This document shows positions 38,888 to 48,958 of a stretch of DNA of 64,000 nt, piece after piece (within the stretch, counting starts at the first letter, position 1; each line of letters opens with the position of its first letter). Both the position numbers and the translations under genes were made by a program. This DNA comes from Alphaproteobacteria bacterium. GTDB lineage: Bacteria; Pseudomonadota; Alphaproteobacteria; Micavibrionales; UBA2020. Under the pieces are notes generated by a model. It was not told where the DNA came from. It saw nothing but the letters and a program-made list of their open reading frames with translations, and did not search any database. The stretch is taken from NCBI GenBank assembly GCA_046314385.1, contig JBKBWZ010000002.1, positions 697,095-761,094 of the forward strand, read 5' to 3'.

Positions 38888-39768
38888 AGAAAGACGACGA
38901 CAAAAGATCCCATGACAACATGACGCAGGCCGCCCATCTGGCGGGTAACCTGCCGGGGCTTTTGTTGCAGGCCGAAAAAATTGCCCATACCGTGATGCGC
39001 GGCGTGCATGGCCGCCGCCGCGTCGGGCAGGGGGAAACCTTTTGGCAATTCCGCGAATATCAGGTCGGCGATTCAAGCCGCGACATCGACTGGCGCCAGA
39101 CCGCCAAACGCGATGCCGTGTTTGTGCGCCAGCTGGAATGGGAAGCATCGCAGACTGTCTGGCTTTACCGCGATGCTTCTGAATCGATGCAATACAGGTC
39201 TTCACCCAAGCTGCCGTACAAAAAAGACTATGCCGAAGTGCTTTTGCTGGCGCTGGCCATGTTGATTCTTGATGGCGGGGAGCAGGTCAGCTTGCTCGGC
39301 ACAACGCTCGCGCCGCAGGCGCATGCCGGTGCGGCGCAGCGTCTGCATGACTATTTGCCGATCCAAAAAGAATTCGATGCGCCCGGCCGCGCCATTGCCG
39401 CGCGTTCCAACATGATTTTGCTCAGCGATTTCTATTTCCCGCTGGAGCGTGTGCAGGCGTTTTGTGCGCCGCTGGCGGAAAAAGAAGTGCGCGGTCTGAT
39501 GGTGCAAATCACCGACCCTGCCGAAGAAGCCCTGCCCTTTACGGGACGTATCAAGTTTCACGACATTGAAAATGGCAAATCCGCGCCGGTGACGGTAGAG
39601 CAGGTAGATGCCATACGCGCTGAATATGTCGAAAAATTTACGGCGCACCGCGCGGCGCTCGGTGACATGGCGCGCAGTTTTGGCTGGCGTTTGCTGACCG
39701 CGTCTACGGCCGACAAGCCCGAAGCGCTTTTGGCGCGTATCTATGATCTTTTGGCGGCGAAAGGATAG
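38884..39768 (+). CDS. DUF58 domain protein
   Basis: GETFWQFREYQVGDSSRDIDWRQTAK is the DUF58 core signature. ATGA overlap with the upstream methyltransferase gene. Confidence 0.8.
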   Translation: MKKDDDKRSHDNMTQAAHLAGNLPGLLLQAEKIAHTVMRGVHGRRRVGQGETFWQFREYQVGDSSRDIDWRQTAKRDAVFVRQLEWEASQTVWLYRDASESMQYRSSPKLPYKKDYAEVLLLALAMLILDGGEQVSLLGTTLAPQAHAGAAQRLHDYLPIQKEFDAPGRAIAARSNMILLSDFYFPLERVQAFCAPLAEKEVRGLMVQITDPAEEALPFTGRIKFHDIENGKSAPVTVEQVDAIRAEYVEKFTAHRAALGDMARSFGWRLLTASTADKPEALLARIYDLLAAKG

Positions 39769-39774
39769 GGGCGG

Positions 39775-42522
39775 ATGCTGGGCGGTTTGACTTTCCTCTT
39801 CCCGATGTTGCTGGGCGCCATGCTGTTTATTCCGGTGCTGTGGTGGCTGCTGCGCGTGATGCCGCCGCGTCCGCGCGCGATAAAATTCCCCGCGTTCTTT
39901 TTGCTGCAAGGTCTCAAGACCGATGTGCGTACGGCATCGAAAACCCCGTGGTGGCTGCTTTTGTTGCGCTCGCTGATTGTTCTTTTGTTTATTCTGGCGC
40001 TATCGGAGCCTGTCTTGCGTAAATCCGAAGGCTTGCCGGGCAAAGACGGGCCGGTACTGGTTGTCATCGACAATGGCTACAGTGCCGCCGTCAATTGGGG
40101 GGATCGCATTGCACGCCTGCGCGAATATCTGCCGCAAATCGGGCGCAGCGACCGCAGCGTGATCTTCCTGCCTACCGCCGCCGCCGCATCGGACGGCAAG
40201 CTGCGCGCGCACGGGCCGATGGGCGCGGGCGAGGCGGAAAAGTGGATTGAAACGATCAAGCCCCAATCCTGGCCGGCGGATCATGTGGCGGCCGCAGCGG
40301 CCGCAACCGAGGTTATCGCCGCGCATGATGTGTCGCATGTGCTGATGCTGGCCGATGGCACCGCACCGGGCGAGGTCAAAGACAGCCGCGCACTGCTGAC
40401 CGCCTTGACCGAAGAGTCCGGTTTGACGCTGCTGCGCGATGACCGCATCAATACGCCGCATATTCTGCGCCGTAACCCGACACATCCGTCGGAACTGTCG
40501 CTGTCGGTTGAACGCCTTGTCAAACTGTCGCGCGATGAAAAAGTGCTGATCACGGCCTATAGCGCCGATGGCAACGTGATTGACGAAACGGCCTTTACCT
40601 TTCCGGCCGGCGCGGCGAAGACGGATGTCACATGGGATATTCTGGGCGAAATCAAAAGCCGCGTCACCCGCATTGCGCTGCGCCAGATGTCGATGGCTTC
40701 GGCGGTTTATCTGACGGATTCGCAGTGGCAGCAACATACCGCAGGTGTCTTGGCCGACCCCAAGGCCAAGGAAAGCGCCAGCGTGCTGAACGAAGTCTAT
40801 TACCTGCGCCGTGCGCTGGCCGTGGCGGGCAAGCCCGTTTTGGGCAGCGTTGAAGAACTAACCGCGCAGCCGATGTCTGCGGTGATCTGGCCCGACAGCA
40901 CGGCGCTGACGGCGGTCGAGCGGGTTGAGCTGCTCAATTGGGTGCGGGCAGGCGGGTTTTTAATCCGCTTTGCGGGCCCCAATCTGGCGGGCAATCCCGA
41001 AGACCCTTTGCTGCCCGTCAGTCTGCGTTACGGCCAGCGCGCGATGCAGGGGGCGCTGACATGGGACAAGCCCGTCGGTTTGGGCGCACCGCTTGAACAG
41101 GGGCCGCTGCAAGGTTTGAACATTCCCAAAGATGTGACCATCACGCGGCAGGTGCTGGCCAGCCCGACGCCCGAAGTGTTTGAACGTACGTGGCTGACGC
41201 TGTCCGATGGCACGCCGCTGATAACCGGCGGACGGGTCGGTAACGGCTCTATCGTGCTGGTGCATACAACAGCCGGGCCGGATTGGTCGAATTTCTGTTA
41301 TTCGGGTCTGTATGTGGAGGCTTTGCAGCGGCTGGTCTCGCTCAGCGCTGGTGCGGCAGATTTCCGCGCCGAGACGATCCTCTCGCCCATGCTGCTGATG
41401 GATGGTTTTGGACGTCTGGAAACGCCTGACCCGCGCGCGCTGTCGCGGCCTGTCGACCCGCGCCAGCCCTTCACGCCATCGCCCGAAACGCCGCCCGGTA
41501 TTTACGGAGTCGAAAAACAATTTACCGTTTTCAATCTGGGCGACGCGCTGGGCGATATCAAGCCGCTGGGCGATGTGCCTTCGGCGGTTTCAGAAGACAC
41601 CTATCAGCTGGCAGGGGAGCGCAGCCTGAAGCCCGATCTTTTGCGGCTGGCGCTGCTGCTGCTGCTGGTCGATACGTTTGTCACTCTTTTCCTGCGCGGC
41701 GTGATTGCGATGCCGGCGCGGTTTATCCGCACGGCGATGGTGGCGGGGCTGCTGGTGACGATGACGGCGCCCGCAAACGCGCAAGCCGCACCGGCGGAGG
41801 CGGAGCTGATGACAGGCGTTTATCTCGCCTATGTCGAAACCGGTGATCAGGAAACGGACCGTATCAGCCACAACGGGCTGGAAGGGCTGCGCGCGGCGCT
41901 CAATCTGCGTACCAACGTCAAGGTCGCGGGCGTGCGCGGCGTGGATCCATCGCGCGATACGCTTTATTTCTACCCCTTTCTGTACTGGCCGATGACGGAA
42001 AGCCAGACGGTCTTGCCCGCCAGCGCGGCGCGGAATATCCAGACCTATCTGGCGCAGGGCGGCATGATTGTTTTCGATACGCGCGACCAGCAATTCGCCG
42101 CCGATGACGGGCGCGGCCCCGCAGGATCAACGCTCGGCCAGCGCCGCCTGCGCAAGCTGACGGAAAATATCCAGATTTCCGAATTGGCGCCTGTCGACGG
42201 AAATCACATCATCACCAAGAGCTTTTACCTGCTGAATAATTATCCCGGGCTTTACACCGGCGGCACGCTCTGGGCAGAAAAAGAACCCAGCCCCGACCAT
42301 GATGGCGTGACATCGGTTTTCATCGGCGGCAACGACTGGGCATCGGCATGGTCGGAAGATGCGGGTGACCGCGCCCGTTTTATGCGCACGGCGCGCAATG
42401 GCGCACGGCAGCGCGAAATTGCGATGCGTTTCGGCGTTAATCTGACGATGGTGGCGCTGTCGGGCAGTTATAAATCCGATCAGGTGCATGTTCCCTATAT
42501 CCTGCAAAGGATCAGCCGATGA
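39775..42522 (+). CDS. BatA-N (aerotolerance regulator N-terminal) / DUF4159 membrane protein
   Basis: N-terminus MLGGLTFLFPMLLGAMLFIPVLWWLLRVMPPRP (double-TM BatA-N pattern). The C-terminal block GGNDWASAW...YKSDQVHVPYILQRI is typical of DUF4159. Confidence 0.7.
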   Translation: MLGGLTFLFPMLLGAMLFIPVLWWLLRVMPPRPRAIKFPAFFLLQGLKTDVRTASKTPWWLLLLRSLIVLLFILALSEPVLRKSEGLPGKDGPVLVVIDNGYSAAVNWGDRIARLREYLPQIGRSDRSVIFLPTAAAASDGKLRAHGPMGAGEAEKWIETIKPQSWPADHVAAAAAATEVIAAHDVSHVLMLADGTAPGEVKDSRALLTALTEESGLTLLRDDRINTPHILRRNPTHPSELSLSVERLVKLSRDEKVLITAYSADGNVIDETAFTFPAGAAKTDVTWDILGEIKSRVTRIALRQMSMASAVYLTDSQWQQHTAGVLADPKAKESASVLNEVYYLRRALAVAGKPVLGSVEELTAQPMSAVIWPDSTALTAVERVELLNWVRAGGFLIRFAGPNLAGNPEDPLLPVSLRYGQRAMQGALTWDKPVGLGAPLEQGPLQGLNIPKDVTITRQVLASPTPEVFERTWLTLSDGTPLITGGRVGNGSIVLVHTTAGPDWSNFCYSGLYVEALQRLVSLSAGAADFRAETILSPMLLMDGFGRLETPDPRALSRPVDPRQPFTPSPETPPGIYGVEKQFTVFNLGDALGDIKPLGDVPSAVSEDTYQLAGERSLKPDLLRLALLLLLVDTFVTLFLRGVIAMPARFIRTAMVAGLLVTMTAPANAQAAPAEAELMTGVYLAYVETGDQETDRISHNGLEGLRAALNLRTNVKVAGVRGVDPSRDTLYFYPFLYWPMTESQTVLPASAARNIQTYLAQGGMIVFDTRDQQFAADDGRGPAGSTLGQRRLRKLTENIQISELAPVDGNHIITKSFYLLNNYPGLYTGGTLWAEKEPSPDHDGVTSVFIGGNDWASAWSEDAGDRARFMRTARNGARQREIAMRFGVNLTMVALSGSYKSDQVHVPYILQRISR

Positions 42523-44612
42523 ACACATCGTTTCAGTGGTTTCCGTTCCTGCCGGATGTGTATTACGGTGTGCTTGCGCTTGCGGCGCTGGCCATCATGG
42601 TTCTGGCCTTGTGGCGCCGGATGCCCGATGCGGGCTGGCGCGGCGTTTTTGCGCTTGTTCTGATGGCGCTTTTGATGAACCCGGTGCTGTCCAAGGAAGA
42701 CCGCACCGGCCTGCCCGACAAATTGCTGATCGTCGTCGACGAAAGCCCGAGCCAAAAAATAGGCGCACGCGACAAGGTGGCCGAAGAAGCCCTGCGGCAG
42801 ATACTGGCCAAGGCGGACAGTATGCCGGGTATCGAACCGATGGTGATCCGTGCGGGCAGCGATGCGCGCGGGCTGCGCGGCGATGGCACCTATCTGTTCA
42901 CGCAGCTGCGCGACAATCTGATGAGCATTCCACTGTCGCAGGTCGCAGGGACGGTGCTGATCACCGACGGGCAAGTGCATGATGTGCCGGAAACGCTCGG
43001 CGCGCTTGAAAAAATTGCGCCGGTGCATGCAGTTCTGACAGGACGCAAGGGCGAATTTGACCGCAAGGTTACAATCATCAGCGCCCCCAAATATGGCGTT
43101 CTGGATGAAACAATCCGTGTCACCCTGCGTGTCGAAGAATTTGGCCGAGACCGGCGCGAGGTTATGCCGCTGGAGGTTCTGCAGGATGGCAAACTGGTCA
43201 CCACCGTTAACGTGCTGCCGGGCGAATTGCGCGATGTCAGTTTTAAGATCAAACATCCGGGCCAGAATATTTTTGAATTCGCCGTGCCGGTGGCAGAGGG
43301 GGAGCTGACCCCGCACAACAACCGCGCCCCTGTTATTGTCAACGGTATCCGTGACCGCTTGCGCGTGCTTTTGGTGTCCGATGCGCCGCATATGGGCAAG
43401 CGCGCATGGCGCAACCTGCTGAAATCCGATCCGGCGATCGATCTGGTGCATTTTACGATTTTGCGTCCGATGACGGCGGTTGACTCGACGCCGCCGAACG
43501 AAATGTCGCTGATCGCCTTTCCGGTTGACGAGCTTTTTTCACGCCGTATCCGCGATTTTGATCTGATTATCTTTGACCGTTACCAGCAATACGGTTTTCT
43601 GCTGCCGCATTATTTCAGCAATATCGCCTCGTTCATCCAGAACGGCGGCGCTTTCCTGCTGGCATTGGGGACGCAGGACAGCGACCAGATGCTGTTCAGC
43701 AGCCCGCTGGGCAAGCTGATGCCTGTACAGCTGGGCGGCGGCGGCAAGCAGGAGGTTCTCAAAAAGACCTTCCGTCCGGCGCTCAGCGAAGTCGGCAAGG
43801 CGCATCCGATCACGGCAGATCTTGACCGTAACAAAGATGCCGATAAATGGGGGCCGTGGCATACCTCGATTGATATGACGCAGCTGCGCGGTGAAAACCT
43901 GATGCTCGGCCTTGATCGCCGCCCTCTGATGGTTATCGACAAGGTCGGTGACGGGCGTGTCGGTGTACTGGCCAGCGATAACATCTGGCTCTGGTCAAAA
44001 GGAAACGATAATACGCGCGGGCCGTATACAGAACTTTTGCGTAACTTGTCGCATTGGTTGATGAAAGAGCCGGAGCTGGAAGAAGACTATATCAAAGCCG
44101 AAGCCGATGGATACGTGATCACCATCAGCCAGCGCAACATCACAGCCGGTGTCGCCAAACCCGTACAGATGACCGCACCCGACGGCAGTAAAAAAGAAAT
44201 CAAGACCGAAAACCGTATCGATGGCGGCTGGATGGTCGCGCGCGAAACGGTGGAACAAAGCGGTATTTACAAATTCAGCAACGGCGCGCGCGAAGCCTAT
44301 GTCGTCGTAGGGGCATCGCAGAGCGTCGAATTCAACGACGTACACACGACCGAAGACGTTTTGGCGCCGATTGTCAAAAAATCCGGCGGTACGATTGTCT
44401 GGTTTCAGGACGCGCCGGATCTGGCGCTGCGGCTGCTTTCTGCCGATGCGACGGAGGGGGGCGGCGCGGGCTGGCTCGGCCTGCGGCGCAATAATGCCTA
44501 TACGGTCGATAGCGTCAGCACCGCGGCGCTGCTGCCCAATGGCTGGATGCTGCTGATTCTGCTGCTGGCGATGGCGGCGGTCTGGTGGCGCGAGGGCGGG
44601 AAAAACGCTTAA
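42519..44612 (+). CDS. membrane protein, last gene of the DUF58/BatA-type operon
   Basis: 697 aa with N-terminal TM helices and a C-terminal TM anchor (LLPNGWMLLILLLAMAAVWW). A 4-nt overlap links it to the preceding gene. No specific family recognised. Confidence 0.6.
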   Translation: MNTSFQWFPFLPDVYYGVLALAALAIMVLALWRRMPDAGWRGVFALVLMALLMNPVLSKEDRTGLPDKLLIVVDESPSQKIGARDKVAEEALRQILAKADSMPGIEPMVIRAGSDARGLRGDGTYLFTQLRDNLMSIPLSQVAGTVLITDGQVHDVPETLGALEKIAPVHAVLTGRKGEFDRKVTIISAPKYGVLDETIRVTLRVEEFGRDRREVMPLEVLQDGKLVTTVNVLPGELRDVSFKIKHPGQNIFEFAVPVAEGELTPHNNRAPVIVNGIRDRLRVLLVSDAPHMGKRAWRNLLKSDPAIDLVHFTILRPMTAVDSTPPNEMSLIAFPVDELFSRRIRDFDLIIFDRYQQYGFLLPHYFSNIASFIQNGGAFLLALGTQDSDQMLFSSPLGKLMPVQLGGGGKQEVLKKTFRPALSEVGKAHPITADLDRNKDADKWGPWHTSIDMTQLRGENLMLGLDRRPLMVIDKVGDGRVGVLASDNIWLWSKGNDNTRGPYTELLRNLSHWLMKEPELEEDYIKAEADGYVITISQRNITAGVAKPVQMTAPDGSKKEIKTENRIDGGWMVARETVEQSGIYKFSNGAREAYVVVGASQSVEFNDVHTTEDVLAPIVKKSGGTIVWFQDAPDLALRLLSADATEGGGAGWLGLRRNNAYTVDSVSTAALLPNGWMLLILLLAMAAVWWREGGKNA

Positions 44613-44722
44613 ATATCAATTATTTAATATGTGTACCCCAAAAGGTGTTTGACTTTCTTCATCGCGGGTCTTTAAGATACACCAATCGACGATTTTCACG
44701 TATTTGGGCAGGTGCAAATATC

Positions 44723-44839
44723 ATGAGCATGAAAGCGAAACTCGGTCAGTCACAACAGCAAAAGCCGTTTGCTCCTGCTGCGCCTGCCAAAGCGCCTTCC
44801 GCTCCGCGCCATGACGCGCCCGCAGCCCCGTCGAAATAA
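44723..44839 (+). CDS. possible 38-aa Pro/Ala-rich small protein
   Basis: TTGACT (44649-54), an 18-nt spacer, then TAAGAT (44673-78). AGGTG SD lies 8 nt before the ATG at 44723. Product: MSMKAKLGQSQQQKPFAPAAPAKAPSAPRHDAPAAPSK. No homology recognised. Confidence 0.3.
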   Translation: MSMKAKLGQSQQQKPFAPAAPAKAPSAPRHDAPAAPSK

Positions 44840-44881
44840 TCCTTTTCTTTGCGCTGCGCGCATCTCTGAACGCACCATATC

Positions 44882-45247
44882 TCATACCGCCCTGTTTTTT
44901 ACAAACAGGGCGTATGCGTCATTAAGGGTCGGGCAGTAGCTGACCAGCCCGCCGTTGAACCCCACCATTTTCAAAACCGATGCGGGCTGGCCTTTGGCGG
45001 CGGCGAAGGCCAGGCGGCCTTTGTTCTTGTGTGCCTGTTTGAGCAGGCTGACAAAGAGGCCGATACCGTGGCTGTCCAAAAATCCGACTTCGCGCATATC
45101 GACGATCAGGTTTGATGAATGTTCCGGCAATTGCCGCTGAAGCGCGGGGCGTATCTGCTGCACGGTCGATGCATCGATAAACCCGTAAAAGCGGATGAGG
45201 GTATAATCGGCGGCGGGCTGTATTTCAAAAATATTGTTGATGTTCAT
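44882..45247 (-). CDS. STAS domain anti-sigma-factor antagonist (SpoIIAA/RsbV-like)
   Basis: 121 aa. LIVDMREVGFLDSHGIGLFVSLL contains the conserved phosphorylatable Ser context (DSHG). The start is 1 nt after the stop of the upstream gene. Confidence 0.8.
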   Translation of the reverse strand: MNINNIFEIQPAADYTLIRFYGFIDASTVQQIRPALQRQLPEHSSNLIVDMREVGFLDSHGIGLFVSLLKQAHKNKGRLAFAAAKGQPASVLKMVGFNGGLVSYCPTLNDAYALFVKNRAV

Positions 45248-45248
45248 G

Positions 45249-46880
45249 TCATCCTCCATAGGCGGCGATAATAAGCGTGGCGTCGTCGGGTGTGCGGGCA
45301 TCTTGCCGCGCGTATTCTTCAAAAATGCCCCATATTTTTTCTGCCGCCGCCGCTGCGCAAAGTGTTGCCAGTGGCCGCAGCAAGGGCAGTATGGCGGCGG
45401 CATCATGTGCCGCGCCGCGGCGCTCGAAGACATCGAAAAACCCGTCTGTTGCAAAAATGATTTTGTCACCGATACCCAATTGCAGACGGTATTCGCGGTA
45501 TCCGGCATGTCCGGCCATGCCGGGGATTGGGCCCTGTGCGGGTAAAATCGCCGCGGTGCCATCGCCGCGCAGCAGCAGCGGCGGCGGATGTCCGGCACTG
45601 GCAATACCGACAGCGCCGGTGTTGCAGAGATGAAAGCTCTGGCAGGTCAGCAAGGTGCCGTCGAGGAAATCATCATCCGTCACGGCATCCGACAGATGTT
45701 GCAAAAAAACGGCGGTATTGATGCTGGTCGATCTTTCAGACGTCGCACGAAACAGGCTGCGCAGATAACCGGCATAGGCATAGGCAAAGAATTTTGCTTC
45801 GGTGCCATGCCCCATAACATCGGCAAGCACCGCCATCAGTCCTTCACGTGTTTCATAGTGCAGCGTAAAATCTCCGCCACCCGCATCGGCCATACGGTTG
45901 AGCGTGGCGATACGCCAGGGCCCCGATTGAGCGGGCAGGTGCGGATGCAGATATTTTTGCAGGTCGCGGTGAAAACGTCCTTCGATCGCACGGTGCAGCT
46001 GTTCGCGGCGGCCGAGCACACGTTCCGCCACGCGTTCAAGCCCCTGCGGCGTAACGGGTTTGAGCAGATAGTCGTCAATACCCAGCCGCAAAATGCCCTT
46101 ATCGTTCATGCCCTCGGCGGATCCGGTCAGAAAGACGAAAGGTACCAGATCGCCGTCAGGCAGGGCGGAAATCTGCCGCCGCAGCGCTGCGCCGTCGGTA
46201 TGCGGCATGTGCAAATCTGAAATCACCAGATCGGGCCGCTGCGCGCGAAACAGCGCCAGCGCAGACACTGCATCGGCAATCGGCACAACATCATAGCGTG
46301 CCGAGAGCATGCGGTGATGCGCCTTCAGATCGCCCGCATCATCATCGACAAGAAAAATCACGGGGCGGCGTTTCTGTTTCGGGGGCGGGTCTTCGGCGGG
46401 CGGGCTGCCGTGGGTGTCTTCGATTATAAAATGGTTCCAGCCATCCGCGCTGTGCGCGGCATCTATATAGGATACGCGCGTATGCTGCGAGAGAATGCAG
46501 CCCAGTCCATAGCCGCTTTCAAGGAGCGTTTCTGCACAGCGCAGGCGGCTTTGCGCGGTCTTGCAAATTGCATCGAATGACGCAAAAGGCGTGCTGTCAT
46601 CTGCAATATCCAGCCGCAGCAAATACGGCTGCAGATCAAAGGTGATGTGCAGCGCGGTTGCTTTTTGGGGCGGATGTTTGACGATGTTTGAAATGACCTC
46701 GCAAAGCGACAGGCAAAAAGCATCCGCGTATGCGGACGGGATCTCGGCAAGGTCAAGAAAATGCCGCATTTCACGGCGCAAAGACGACATGCAGGCATAT
46801 GACGGTGCAGCAACGCTGCGCTGCCAGCGCGGCACAAAATCGGCAGAGCCCGGGACAGGCGGAATTTTCATTTGTGGCAT
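45249..46880 (-). CDS. triple-domain partner-switching protein: RsbW-like HATPase (N), response-regulator receiver (middle), PP2C/SpoIIE phosphatase (C)
   Basis: The N-terminal EVISNIVKH and GYGLGCI resemble anti-sigma kinase N/G boxes. The receiver is VIFLVDDDAGD...VISDLHMPHTDG...K. The PP2C part is GGDFTLHY...LADVMGHG...ATDG. Confidence 0.7.
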   Translation of the reverse strand: MPQMKIPPVPGSADFVPRWQRSVAAPSYACMSSLRREMRHFLDLAEIPSAYADAFCLSLCEVISNIVKHPPQKATALHITFDLQPYLLRLDIADDSTPFASFDAICKTAQSRLRCAETLLESGYGLGCILSQHTRVSYIDAAHSADGWNHFIIEDTHGSPPAEDPPPKQKRRPVIFLVDDDAGDLKAHHRMLSARYDVVPIADAVSALALFRAQRPDLVISDLHMPHTDGAALRRQISALPDGDLVPFVFLTGSAEGMNDKGILRLGIDDYLLKPVTPQGLERVAERVLGRREQLHRAIEGRFHRDLQKYLHPHLPAQSGPWRIATLNRMADAGGGDFTLHYETREGLMAVLADVMGHGTEAKFFAYAYAGYLRSLFRATSERSTSINTAVFLQHLSDAVTDDDFLDGTLLTCQSFHLCNTGAVGIASAGHPPPLLLRGDGTAAILPAQGPIPGMAGHAGYREYRLQLGIGDKIIFATDGFFDVFERRGAAHDAAAILPLLRPLATLCAAAAAEKIWGIFEEYARQDARTPDDATLIIAAYGG

Positions 46881-46951
46881 GCGGCGTATATCCCCCTCAC
46901 GGAATGTGAACGGGTTAAAACACGCAAGACACGTGCCAGCCTTGATGCGGA

Positions 46952-48940
46952 TTACTTTTTGACCATGTCTGTGATGACAACGCCGTCTTCGCCAAAACGC
47001 AGGCGATACATATGGTATGACTCGGTCACCCGCTGGATGTAATTGCGGGTTTCATAGATCGGCAAAAGTTCGACCCAGTCGATCACATCAATCTCGCCCT
47101 TGCGCGGATCGCCAAAGGTATTGATCCACTGGTCGACACGGCCCGGGCCCGCGTTATAGGCCGCCATGGCCATTGGATAAAATCCGCCGAAACGTTTGAT
47201 CATGTCCTGCAAATACGTAGAGCCGAGGGTGACGTTATAGCGCGGATCGCGCGTCAGCTTTTCAAGGCTATATCCTTGGCCGATTTTGCGCGAAACTTCT
47301 TTGGCTGTACCGGGCATCAGCTGCATCAGCCCGCGGGCGCCGACAGGGCTCTGGGCATCGGTATTGAACATACTCTCGCGGTAGATAATCGCATGCACCA
47401 GCGCTTTTTCCGGCACGGCCAGCGGCAGGCTGGGCAGGGCGGGATAGCCTTCGCCGGGCAGAAAGCGGCCGAGTTTTTGCTGTATGTCCTTGTTGGCCTG
47501 CACGGCGTAGTAATAACGCCCCGTTTCGCGCGCCAGCTTTGCGGTCAGCAGATAATCGGCTTCGCTTTGGGCATCTGCGATCAGGCGGGCGAGGAATACA
47601 TCAATAAAATCTTTCAGATCCGCACGGTGCAAAAGCCGCACAACGCGGACGCGCTCGTCACGCTCGAAGCTTTGCAGTTTTTCCGGCAATACGACAGGGT
47701 CGCGCAAACTGGCAGGTTTGGCGGGGCCAAACAGCGCGGCATGGCTCAGCTGTCCGTAGTAAGTCGAAAGGTAGATTGCGGATTTTTTATGCCATTCGGT
47801 GGCCAGCGCCTTGTCATTCATCGCCTCTGCCGCACGGGCTGACCAATAGGCCGCGCGCGATTTGCTGATCGCCGCCTGTACCTTGTCGTAAAGGCCGGAG
47901 AAATGCCGATAGGCCTCGGCAGGCTGCTTCAGGAACCGCAGCGAAAGCCAGCCGACGAGCCATTCTGCCTGCGCATACCCGCTGCCGCTGGTCAGGCCGT
48001 GGCGGCTGAAAATCGCATGTGCGGCTTTGTAGTCGCCCCGCTCGATTGCGCGGCGGCCGATGATGTTGATTTCGGTCCACCATTGTTCGCCTTGCGCTGT
48101 ATTTTTGGGGCGCAGGGCGAGCATGTCGAGCGCGCCGCTGTCCATGCCGCGTTTGCGCCGCCAGCGCATCCGCTCAAAGGCGACGCCTTCGCTGTTCTGC
48201 AATGCGGGCGCCAGCGCTTCGATCAGCGTGCTGGCATTTTTATCGCCGCGTGCCAGCGCCAGCCGCGCCGCACCTGTTGCCCGTGCGGCGGGGCCTGCGA
48301 AAGCCATCATGATATCCGCTTCGGCGTAGCGGCCTTCCCAGATCAGGCGGTCCAGTCTTTGTGCGTGATCATGCGCGGTGAAATAACGGCCGTACATGCC
48401 GATCAGAGATTGCGTTTCTCTGCGTTGCAATCGCGCGCCGGTCCAGAAATGAATGAGTGCTGCGCGCGCCTGTTCTGTCTGTCCCCGTGCGGCGAGGGTA
48501 TTGACATAGGTTTTGATGCCCTCGTACGTGCGGGGCGGGTTGGCTTTGAACCATGCCAAAGTGTCTTCGGCAGAGACCGTGCCCTGCATATTGCGTTCAA
48601 TCTTTTCGCGCAGTACGTGCATGCGCGGCCAGTTCGGATTGTTATGCGTGAAGGCGATCAGGTCGGGCGCATGCATGGGCAGCTTGCTTTCGGCCGCATA
48701 AAGCCAGACCAGCAATTTGCGCACCAGCGGGTCCTGCCGCTGCGACAGCAGGTTGACGGTTTTTTGCAAATCGCTGTCGGACATCTCCTGCACGGTTGTC
48801 TGCGCCTGCACAGGCAAGGGGTGCGATACGCCAAGCAGCGTCAAAAACCCCAGAAAAAGTGCAAAAACAGCGCGAAAAGCCGTATTGCCCCTGTGCGGCG
48901 GCTTGCCTGCGCCGCCGTGGGCGGCTAGAGTGGGGGGCAT
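46952..48940 (-). CDS. soluble lytic murein transglycosylase (Slt70-like)
   Basis: A superhelical U-domain-like region is followed by the SLT catalytic block IYRESMFNTDAQSPVGARGLMQLMPGTA. Start trimmed to MPPTL... ahead of the signal peptide AVFALFLGFLTLLG; it is uncertain. Confidence 0.8.
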   Translation of the reverse strand: MPPTLAAHGGAGKPPHRGNTAFRAVFALFLGFLTLLGVSHPLPVQAQTTVQEMSDSDLQKTVNLLSQRQDPLVRKLLVWLYAAESKLPMHAPDLIAFTHNNPNWPRMHVLREKIERNMQGTVSAEDTLAWFKANPPRTYEGIKTYVNTLAARGQTEQARAALIHFWTGARLQRRETQSLIGMYGRYFTAHDHAQRLDRLIWEGRYAEADIMMAFAGPAARATGAARLALARGDKNASTLIEALAPALQNSEGVAFERMRWRRKRGMDSGALDMLALRPKNTAQGEQWWTEINIIGRRAIERGDYKAAHAIFSRHGLTSGSGYAQAEWLVGWLSLRFLKQPAEAYRHFSGLYDKVQAAISKSRAAYWSARAAEAMNDKALATEWHKKSAIYLSTYYGQLSHAALFGPAKPASLRDPVVLPEKLQSFERDERVRVVRLLHRADLKDFIDVFLARLIADAQSEADYLLTAKLARETGRYYYAVQANKDIQQKLGRFLPGEGYPALPSLPLAVPEKALVHAIIYRESMFNTDAQSPVGARGLMQLMPGTAKEVSRKIGQGYSLEKLTRDPRYNVTLGSTYLQDMIKRFGGFYPMAMAAYNAGPGRVDQWINTFGDPRKGEIDVIDWVELLPIYETRNYIQRVTESYHMYRLRFGEDGVVITDMVKK

Positions 48941-48958
48941 TTGCCGAGGAGAAAAACA

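Noticed and set aside
44585-44722. 5' part of the 84-aa ORF 44585-44839
   Set aside because: The upstream part overlaps the end of the preceding gene and contains the putative promoter. Only the distal 38 codons have an SD and a sensible context, and even that call is weak.
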